Source: Planctomycetota bacterium | GTDB lineage: Bacteria > Planctomycetota > SZUA-567 > H5-PLA8 | Direction of reading: 5' to 3' | NCBI GenBank assembly: GCA_045863855.1 | Contig: BTVV01000131.1 | Span: forward strand, 1 to 17,178 | DNA: 17,178 bases | Shown: positions 7,808 through 14,600 of the stretch, piece by piece | Numbering within the stretch: the first letter of the stretch is position 1 | How the letters are laid out: each line of letters begins with the position of its first letter | The notes under the pieces: model-generated | Told to the model about the DNA's origin: nothing | What the model saw: the letters and a program-made list of their open reading frames with translations, nothing else | Databases searched by the model: none | Program-made: the position numbers and the translations under genes

Positions 7808-8688
7808 GCGTTCGCTTTGACCTCCTGTGAAGCCGGCGCCGGTTCGCATTGGCGATAGTTGCGTATGAAGTTCGCGCAGTATTCATCACGTCCCGTGCAT
7901 GCATCTGCACCGAGAATCGCCCAGCGCAATTCGGGCAGAGTGGGATCCGTCAATGTGACGTTCATGCCAGAATCCACTGCAAGGACCAGGTACGCCGCAT
8001 TCAAATATTTTCGCATGGGCAGTCCGTAAGCTGCATTGCTGGCGCCCAGTACCACGTTGAGTCCGAGTTCCCGACGCATCCGCCGGCATGCCTCGAATGT
8101 CACTGCAGCCGCGGACGGATCGGTTCCGATGCCAAGGCAGACGGCATCGGCCAACAGGTCGGCCGCGCCAAGTCCGAAAGACTCCGCTCTCTTGAGCATC
8201 CGCTCCACGATCCGTACGCGCCCAGTCGCCTCGGGGGGGATGCCGTTCTCGTCGCAAGCCAGCACGATCACGGCTGCACCGTAGCGGGCCGCCAGTTCGA
8301 GAATCGGGTCGAGCTTACGGGCTTCGCCGTTCGCGGAATTGATCAGCGCACGGCCTGGAAGGAGTTTGAGCGCGGCTTCGAGCGCGGCAGGGGCACCGAA
8401 GTCGAGGGACAACGGCACATCCACCTCCGTGGCAATTCGCTCCACGGCTCGGGGCAGAAGATCCTCCTCGGGAATGGAAGTTCCCACCATATTGACATTG
8501 ACGGCATCCGCGCCGGCATCCACCTGAAGACGCGCGCGGCTCACGACCTCTTCCATGCGTCTTTCTTCCACGGCGCGTTTGACCGCCTTGTAGCCCAGCG
8601 CATTGCAGCGTTCCCCGATTACGCGGGTCGGTTCGTTCGGTCCGATCCGCAATTCCTGGCGCCGTCCCTTCAAAATCAAGGTGTTCAT
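7804..8688 (-). CDS. Pterin-binding (DHPS-fold) methyltetrahydrofolate:corrinoid methyltransferase, AcsE/MetH folate-domain-like (MT-II), 294 aa
   Basis: Motifs VIGERCN, QVDAGAD.VNVN, PLSLD, LINS.NGE, DENGIP and GASNAAYGLP.R..LN match the MetH/AcsE folate-binding domain. ATG 8688 follows GAGGAAAAGG. Confidence 0.85.
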   Translation of the reverse strand: MNTLILKGRRQELRIGPNEPTRVIGERCNALGYKAVKRAVEERRMEEVVSRARLQVDAGADAVNVNMVGTSIPEEDLLPRAVERIATEVDVPLSLDFGAPAALEAALKLLPGRALINSANGEARKLDPILELAARYGAAVIVLACDENGIPPEATGRVRIVERMLKRAESFGLGAADLLADAVCLGIGTDPSAAAVTFEACRRMRRELGLNVVLGASNAAYGLPMRKYLNAAYLVLAVDSGMNVTLTDPTLPELRWAILGADACTGRDEYCANFIRNYRQCEPAPASQEVKANA

Positions 8689-8704
8689 ACGCTTCGCCTT
8701 TTCC

Positions 8705-10093
8705 TCATCCCCGCGCGTACCGGCTCGCCGGGGACAACAGCCCTTGGCGAACCTGTTCCAGCACGCCGTGCATCCGCGACAATGGCATCCCAAAGTTCAT
8801 GATATGAAAGCCGTCAACTTTCCCAGCCAGCTCGTTCACGATCTCCAGCGCCCAAGCGCTTCCCTCGCCAGACACGTCCGAAGTCCGTTCGAAACGCTCG
8901 AACGCCCGTACCGGAAGACGGACACCGGGTAAGCCGCGAAGGATCTCCGCCCCCCGCACGCTGCCCACCACTGGCACCGAAGCCATGAGGAACAGCCGCT
9001 CGCGCAAGCCCGCCTTTTCGACCGCGCGCAGAAAGTCTCTAAAGACGTCCGTGTTGCACACGGCCTGTGTAAAGACGTAATCCACTCCACACTTCGCTTT
9101 TTGCTCCAAGCGCTTCACGACTGTGTCGAGGGGAATGGAGTTGGGATTGATTGCGCCGCCCACGAACAAACGGGGCGGGGCAGTGTTCGCGGGCAGGGAG
9201 CCGAAGGCGGCCTGCCCAAGCGTGCCCAAGCTGCGCGCTTCGCAGATCATCTGGGTCGCGTCCATCCTGAACGCCCGGCGCTGCGTTTCCTCGACGGAGA
9301 CCGGCTCACGTGATTCGCGGGCCGGCCAGTCGCCGGTGACGCAGAAGACGTCGTGCAAGCCGGCCCCCTTGATGTCCAGAAGACTCTGAACGAAGGAATT
9401 CGGGACTACGTCCCGCGCGCAAACGGTGGGAATGGCGCAGCCGTCCTGCCGCGAGATTTCACGAGACAGTTCCAGGGTGGAAAGGGCAGGCAAGCCGCCG
9501 TGATTGCTGGTCGTCGTCATGGCGTCCACCAGCGGGAGTAAGCTCTCGATCTCCTTGCGCGCTCGCGGAAGATCCCCGGCGGTTCGCGGGCAACGAAGCT
9601 CGGTGGTCACGACGGGCTGTCCGCTGCGCAGGAGGCGCTCGAAGCGGCTCTCCGTGCGAACCAAGGCCTTTCGGCGAGTGCGAAGCGCTTCCGGAAGAGC
9701 GCGTGGTAGACGCGAGGCTCGATCGGTACCCGCCAACAGGTTCCAATAGCTGGAGGTGTTGAACAGGTCGGCATCAAAGGGCGGGTGCAAATCACCCCCG
9801 TCGCGTGGCGCGTCCGAGGTCTTTTCGTGGATGCGCAGCCATACGCACGACCGGTCGGCGTACACTTCGCACCGCCCTTCGACGGTTCCGCCGCACGGAC
9901 CGTTCCGCAAGCCCTTGGGACAGTTCATCGGGCACACCATTCCGGTCTGACTAAGCAGGCATTGTCCGCATCTTTGGCAACCAAAAAGAGCGTGCTTGAA
10001 GGGCCACTCGATGGCGAGGAGGACCCGATCCGCGATCGACCTCGACGAGCGGCCCGCGGCGCTGGATGAACCCGTTCGCGTCACGGCGTGCAT
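8705..10093 (-). CDS. metF: Methylenetetrahydrofolate reductase: N-terminal 8-Cys MetV-type Fe-S domain fused to a divergent MetF domain, 462 aa
   Basis: The N-terminal GCQRCGQCLLSQTGMVCPMNCPKGLRNGPCGG...CEV....CVW segment matches the MTHFR_C/MetV signature. The C-terminal part has TTEL.CP, CARD, VTGD, GGAINP, K..CG.DY.FTQ and GFHIM, typical of the MetF TIM barrel. Confidence 0.8.
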   Translation of the reverse strand: MHAVTRTGSSSAAGRSSRSIADRVLLAIEWPFKHALFGCQRCGQCLLSQTGMVCPMNCPKGLRNGPCGGTVEGRCEVYADRSCVWLRIHEKTSDAPRDGGDLHPPFDADLFNTSSYWNLLAGTDRASRLPRALPEALRTRRKALVRTESRFERLLRSGQPVVTTELRCPRTAGDLPRARKEIESLLPLVDAMTTTSNHGGLPALSTLELSREISRQDGCAIPTVCARDVVPNSFVQSLLDIKGAGLHDVFCVTGDWPARESREPVSVEETQRRAFRMDATQMICEARSLGTLGQAAFGSLPANTAPPRLFVGGAINPNSIPLDTVVKRLEQKAKCGVDYVFTQAVCNTDVFRDFLRAVEKAGLRERLFLMASVPVVGSVRGAEILRGLPGVRLPVRAFERFERTSDVSGEGSAWALEIVNELAGKVDGFHIMNFGMPLSRMHGVLEQVRQGLLSPASRYARG

Positions 10094-10157
10094 GGTTCGC
10101 CCCGGTTCCCTTACGCCATGAAAGTGGCCGACTCTCGTGTACCTGCCCTGTGCTCGT

Positions 10158-10799
10158 TTATGCCGCGCGCAGCGAGGCCTTCAGCTTTTCCGCTCCTTCG
10201 GATGCGTCTCCTGCAAAGAGATCCGCTCCGATCTTCTCGGCGAACTCTTGAGTCACAGGGGCGCCGCCGATCATGATCCTGCCTTGGAATCCAGCCTTTC
10301 GAAGTTCCGCCACCACCTCTTTCATGTTCACCATGGTCGTGGTCAGCAGGGCGGACATGGCCACGGCGTCCGCTTGGCGCTCCAGCGCAGCACTGACGAA
10401 ACGAGAAGGCGAAACGTCAATGCCAAGATCAATCACCTCGAATCCGGCTCCCGTCAGCATGATCGCGACGAGGTTCTTGCCGATATCGTGGAGGTCGCCC
10501 GACACGGTTCCGATGATTACCCGTCCGACTTGGGTAGGCGGGTTCCGGGCCAGATCCTCGCGCAGCACCTCCATCGCCGTCTGCATGGCGCGGGCGGCGA
10601 CCAGAACTTCGGGTATGAAGTACTCTTCGCATCGCATCCGTCGGCCCACTTCTTCCATGCCTGCCAGCAGGCCCTGAGTCAGCAGATCCTTACCCGCCCA
10701 GCCTGCTTTCAGGCCGTCCTCGCACAGCTTGGCGGCGTCTTTGCGCTTTCCATTGAGCACCGCTTCACGAAGTTTTTCTAGGATCCCGGATTCAGTCAT
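10158..10799 (-). CDS. Stand-alone corrinoid (B12-binding) protein, MtaC/MtvC-like, 213 aa
   Basis: Cap domain GLLAGMEEVG..EYFIPEVL, the B12 motif GDLHDIGKNLV (DxHxxG), SALLTTTM and IMIGGAP. Start moved to ATG 10799, which directly follows the poly-G/GAG RBS. Confidence 0.93.
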   Translation of the reverse strand: MTESGILEKLREAVLNGKRKDAAKLCEDGLKAGWAGKDLLTQGLLAGMEEVGRRMRCEEYFIPEVLVAARAMQTAMEVLREDLARNPPTQVGRVIIGTVSGDLHDIGKNLVAIMLTGAGFEVIDLGIDVSPSRFVSAALERQADAVAMSALLTTTMVNMKEVVAELRKAGFQGRIMIGGAPVTQEFAEKIGADLFAGDASEGAEKLKASLRAA

Positions 10800-10807
10800 G
10801 ATGATCT

Positions 10808-10822
10808 CCCCCCCCCCCCCCC
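10808..10822 (-). repeat. G15 homopolymer tract (C15 on + strand) at the RBS of the corrinoid protein gene
   Basis: 15 consecutive C at 10808-10822. The minus strand reads gaat-G15-agatcatc-ATG. Confidence 0.9.
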
Positions 10823-10910
10823 ATTCGTGCATACGGTATTCAACCCTATAACGGAGCCAACTCAATAGGATATTTCGATGATAAAGTATGAAATAGTGAT
10901 CATGCATCAG
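10823..10910 (-). promoter_or_regulatory. AT-rich segment upstream of the corrinoid protein gene, possible internal promoter
   Basis: Markedly AT-rich (e.g. ggatatttcgatgataaagtatgaaatagt) compared with the flanking CDSs. No convincing -35/-10 pair was found. Confidence 0.35.
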
Positions 10911-10991
10911 GTGCCCTACGTGCAGACCCTCCCTGGATTAACTGAAATGGCGCGTGCAGGAGGCGGAACCGCTCAGTGGGCGCGCCAAGTC

Positions 10992-12851
10992 CTACTTGGG
11001 CTCGGGGAAGGCCATGGCGTCGGCGAATACTTCCATGAAGTTTGGTTGAGCAGACAACTCTACATAAGCGGTTCGGCGCGCCCATGATTCTACGCGAGCG
11101 CGCGCCTCAAGGTGCGAAAGGCAGAGTCTGGCGCCCACCCCGGCCGTATTGCCTACGGCTTCCAGTCTGCTCGTATCGAATGCCTCGGGAAACAGTCCGA
11201 TGGTCCGTGCCGATACCGGACGAATGAAGCTGCCAAATCCGCCCGCGATGAGTACGCTACGGACCTCATGAGATTGTACGCCACGTAATAGAAGCGCCAT
11301 GTCTACGGCCGCGCGAACCGCGCCCTTGGCCAGTTGGAGTTCCCGAATGTCGCGCTGGGTGAGGCACAGATCTTTCCGGCCTTCGTGAGTTCGCGCCGCC
11401 TCGACCAGAACGATTCGCCCGCCGTGCTGGTCGTATTGGATACGCCGGGCCAGCGGGTCCGCAAGGCGCGCTTGCGCTTCCTCGGGACGAACAATTCGCC
11501 CCGACGTATCTATTATGCCCGTTTCCAGGAACGCAGCCACACAGTCAATCAGTCCCGTTCCGCAAACTCCGCGCGGAGCCGCGTTGTCGAGAACATGAAA
11601 TTCCAGATCGGCCGAACCCACCGACCATGTCACGCGGTCTATGGCTCCGCTCATCGCCATCATGCCGCAGGAGATCCGAGCGCCTTCGAACGCCGGGCCC
11701 GCAGGTGCCGCGCAGGCCAGCCAACCGTCCCGATTGCCTAGCACGACCTCCCCGTTGGTCCCGACATCCACAAGAAGAGTCAACTCCTCGCGCTCGCAGA
11801 GCCCAGTGGCCAGGAGGCCGGCGGTAATGTCGCCGCCGACATACCCGGCCACGCATGGCAGCAGGTAGAGGCGCGCCTGCGGGTGAAAGGATAGTCCCAG
11901 TTCGGCCGCCTTGAAGGCTCGTGCGCCGGTCCAAGCGGGAGCGAAGGGAAAGACCGTGATGGGATGTGGGTTCACGCCCAGCAGCAGGTGCAGCATGATC
12001 GTGTTCCCGCTTACGACCGCATCGAAGCAGCGGGCTAACGAAACGCCGGCCTGCGCGGCACAGTCCTGGGCGATGGCCTGAAGGCATTGGACGATGAGCG
12101 TCCGCAGTTCGTTTTGGGACAACTCGCTTTTGCTGGCGTATTGCGCGCGCGTGATGACGTCCTGGCCCAGTGCAGCCTGAGGATTCGGGCGGCTGGCCAC
12201 GGCGAGGGTCCGTCCGTGCGAAAGTTCCACCAAGTAGCCAACCACTGTGGTCGTGCCAATGTCGAAGGCCATGCCGTAGGCCGTGCCACAGACGTCACCG
12301 GCCTCCACCGCAAGCAGGTCCGGACCGGCACAGGTGGCCGTAACCTCGAAACCTGATGACCGCAAGGTAATCGGAAGCGCCTGCAGCGTGGGAAGATCTG
12401 CCTGCAGACCTCTCCCTGCGGATCCCAAGCCGCGCTTGAGCCTCTCGAAATCGCCCAAACCGTTGTCTTTCGACGGCGGCTCGAGTCTGCAGTGGTATTG
12501 GCGCACCAGCGCCTGGCCCGATAGGGAAGACTGGGCGCGGCCATCCGTCAGGATGCGCTCCCCGTAGCGCCGCGCCGCCTGCGGAATTTCGACGACGGTA
12601 TTACGATCCAAACGCAGTGCGCAGGAATGCCGGTAGCCTTGTGCAAGCTCAGCGGCGGAAAGGTGTTTCCGGTCGAGCGCGGAAAGCGGAGCATCCCCCT
12701 CTAAGACTCGAACCACGCACTTGTTGCAGGCTCCGAGTCCCCCGCACGAAGACTGGATGTAAACGCCGGCGCCCCAACAGGCCTCGAAGACGGTCTGACC
12801 AGCAGACACGTCAAGCGTTCGCTCTTCGGGCCGAATGCACAATCGAGGCAT
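10992..12851 (-). CDS. ASKHA-domain [2Fe-2S] reductive activator of corrinoid proteins (RACo/AcsV/OdmC-like, DUF4445), 619 aa
   Basis: N-terminal ferredoxin CGGLGACNKC...SC, ASKHA ATPase motifs DIGTTT and DVGTNGE, plus AGPAFEG, GVCGTG, LTQRDIRELQLAKGA, AGGFGS and GNTA. A GGAGG RBS lies 8 nt upstream of ATG 12851. Confidence 0.93.
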   Translation of the reverse strand: MPRLCIRPEERTLDVSAGQTVFEACWGAGVYIQSSCGGLGACNKCVVRVLEGDAPLSALDRKHLSAAELAQGYRHSCALRLDRNTVVEIPQAARRYGERILTDGRAQSSLSGQALVRQYHCRLEPPSKDNGLGDFERLKRGLGSAGRGLQADLPTLQALPITLRSSGFEVTATCAGPDLLAVEAGDVCGTAYGMAFDIGTTTVVGYLVELSHGRTLAVASRPNPQAALGQDVITRAQYASKSELSQNELRTLIVQCLQAIAQDCAAQAGVSLARCFDAVVSGNTIMLHLLLGVNPHPITVFPFAPAWTGARAFKAAELGLSFHPQARLYLLPCVAGYVGGDITAGLLATGLCEREELTLLVDVGTNGEVVLGNRDGWLACAAPAGPAFEGARISCGMMAMSGAIDRVTWSVGSADLEFHVLDNAAPRGVCGTGLIDCVAAFLETGIIDTSGRIVRPEEAQARLADPLARRIQYDQHGGRIVLVEAARTHEGRKDLCLTQRDIRELQLAKGAVRAAVDMALLLRGVQSHEVRSVLIAGGFGSFIRPVSARTIGLFPEAFDTSRLEAVGNTAGVGARLCLSHLEARARVESWARRTAYVELSAQPNFMEVFADAMAFPEPK

Positions 12852-12864
12852 CTTTCATGCCTCC

Positions 12865-12911
12865 ATCGATTCCTGAGTGGAACGACGTCGCGTGAGGACG
12901 AAGGAATCGAT
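12865..12911 (-). promoter_or_regulatory. 5'-UTR stem-loop immediately upstream of the Shine-Dalgarno of the first operon gene
   Basis: Perfect 10-bp inverted repeat ATCGATTCCT (12865-12874) / AGGAATCGAT (12902-12911) with a 27-nt loop, abutting GGAGG (12860-12864, minus strand). Confidence 0.5.
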
Positions 12912-12936
12912 TTCCGTCCGACGCACATTTAAAACC

Positions 12937-12952
12937 TATATATCCATATATA
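12937..12952. promoter_or_regulatory. Palindromic operator candidate TATATAT-CC-ATATATA
   Basis: Perfect 7-bp arms with a 2-nt spacer, overlapping the predicted -10 box. Low complexity weakens the case. Confidence 0.4.
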
Positions 12953-12972
12953 TTCTATTAGGATTATGTCAA
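12945..12972 (-). promoter_or_regulatory. Putative sigma70 promoter of the methyltransferase operon (TTGACA-N16-TATATG)
   Basis: Consensus -35 TTGACA (complement of 12967-12972), a 16-nt spacer, and a 4/6 -10 match (complement of 12945-12950) in an AT-rich patch. Confidence 0.6.
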
Positions 12973-13151
12973 TGGTTTGAGGCCGCCATTCGGGCCATCC
13001 GGTCCCATTCCTTTAGGGGCAAAGCGATTAAAGGACTGGATTTGGGAATTGTCGCCCGTTGTGAGCCGGTGCCGCCAAGGATATTCATAATCAGAAGCAA
13101 GCCGCCTGGGACCGAGCAGATGTATTGCAAACGGCTCGAGAGGAAACCCCC

Positions 13152-14600
13152 ATGATCGGGAATCGCGTGAATGCCGCATGCGCCAGAGTCGGGCTTGTCT
13201 CGGTTGGACACCACACCTACTGGGGGCAGTTCGAAGGCCTCCAGGATGCGATGAGACGAAAGTCCGCGGCCTTGGCCGAGAAGCTGCGGCGCGAAGGCGT
13301 GGAGGTTTTGGATTTCGGGTTAGTGGACGAATCGGTAAGCGGTTGGCGCGCAGCGGAGAAGATCCGGTCAGCGGATGTGGATTTGCTGTTCGTCGGCATG
13401 GTGACGTATGCCACCAGCTCCACCTTTGCGCCGCTGGTGCGCAACCTCGATGTCCCGATCGTGCTGGCCGCGCTGCAGCCCCTCAAGGCCATGAACTACG
13501 ACAAGGCCACGACCTATACGCAGCTTTGTAACGACGACTTCTGCTCGGTGCCGGAGTTCTCGGGCGTTGCACTACGCATGGGCAAGCGCGTCCCCGAAGT
13601 CATCTTGGGAACCATCGATGACGATCCGATCGCAGATCGCGAACTCAAGCGGTGGTGCGCCATCGGTAAGGCGATGGGCGGGCTGCGGCGCGCCCGCCTC
13701 GGCCATTTAGGGCATGTGCTGGAAGCCATGTATGACATGCATACCGATCCTGCGGCCCTGACGGCCGCTTTCGGCTGCCATGTGGCTCAGTGCGAGCCTG
13801 ACGAAATCCTGCGGCATTACAGGAATCCGGATCCCGCCTGCCTCGCGGACAAAAAAAGGCAGATTCTGGACTTCTTCGCGACGCCGGATCCCGTCTCCGA
13901 TCCCGTGACTACCCGACTGACCGACGAAGATCTTCAAACTGCGGCGCGCGCCGCCGTTGCCTTGGAGCGATTTGTCGCCGAAAAAAGCCTGAACGGTCTA
14001 GCTTACTATTATGAGGCCGAACCCGGCAGCGAAATGCGGACGCTCATGACCAATCTCATCGTCGGCAATTCGCTGCTTACCGGTGCGGGCTTTCCCATGT
14101 GCGGCGAATTCGACATCAAGACGTGCGTTGCGATGTTTCTCATGGACCGCTTGGGCATGGGGGGAAGCTTCGCCGAGTTTCACCCGGTGGATTTCGAGCG
14201 GGACACCGTACTGGTAGGGCACGACGGACCGCACCATATTGGGATCGCACAAGGCAAGCCTGCGCTCCGTTCCTTAAAAAAGTACCATGGTAAGCCGGGA
14301 TCCGGAGCGTCCGTTGAGTTTAGCCTCAAGACCGGACCCATAACGATGCTTTCCATCGGCGTCGGCCCCGCGGGGCGTTTCCGCTTCGTGATCGCCGAAG
14401 GCGAAAGCGTGCCCGGCCCGATCCCTCCCACCGGAAACACCAACACACACGGGAAGTTCCGTCCGGACGTTCGAACCTTTCTGAAGCACTGGGCGGCCGC
14501 AGGCCCCACGCATCATTTCGCGCTGGGTATTGGGCACGAGGCAGAAACGCTCGCCGCCATCGCGCGATGGCTGAATCTGGATTGCGAGATCATCCGATGA
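13152..14600 (+). CDS. L-fucose/L-arabinose isomerase family protein, 482 aa (substrate unknown)
   Basis: N-terminus RVGLVSVGHHTYWGQFEGL, with metal/catalytic-type motifs PMCGEFD, FAEFH, GHDGP and GPTHHFALG. ATG 13152 has a GAGAGG RBS. Confidence 0.85.
   Translation: MIGNRVNAACARVGLVSVGHHTYWGQFEGLQDAMRRKSAALAEKLRREGVEVLDFGLVDESVSGWRAAEKIRSADVDLLFVGMVTYATSSTFAPLVRNLDVPIVLAALQPLKAMNYDKATTYTQLCNDDFCSVPEFSGVALRMGKRVPEVILGTIDDDPIADRELKRWCAIGKAMGGLRRARLGHLGHVLEAMYDMHTDPAALTAAFGCHVAQCEPDEILRHYRNPDPACLADKKRQILDFFATPDPVSDPVTTRLTDEDLQTAARAAVALERFVAEKSLNGLAYYYEAEPGSEMRTLMTNLIVGNSLLTGAGFPMCGEFDIKTCVAMFLMDRLGMGGSFAEFHPVDFERDTVLVGHDGPHHIGIAQGKPALRSLKKYHGKPGSGASVEFSLKTGPITMLSIGVGPAGRFRFVIAEGESVPGPIPPTGNTNTHGKFRPDVRTFLKHWAAAGPTHHFALGIGHEAETLAAIARWLNLDCEIIR

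Noticed and set aside
7804..8688. Dihydropteroate synthase (folP)
   Set aside because: Motifs IGERxN and GxSNxxxGLP match MetH/AcsE folate-binding methyltransferases rather than FolP.
3686..8802. Long antisense or alternate-frame ORFs (3686..4408 +, 6246..7424 -, 6536..7186 +, 7849..8802 +)
   Set aside because: These are shadow ORFs of well-supported genes in GC-rich DNA, with no recognisable motifs.
7804..12851. Split methionine synthase or Wood-Ljungdahl acs cluster
   Set aside because: No homocysteine-binding domain and no AcsA/B/C/D genes are in the window. Methyl supply to methionine synthesis encoded elsewhere cannot be excluded.
12852..13151. Cobalamin, SAM or THF riboswitch, and the small ORFs crossing this spacer
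   Set aside because: No recognisable B12-box or other aptamer consensus by eye. The small ORFs lack RBSs and motifs and overlap the promoter elements.
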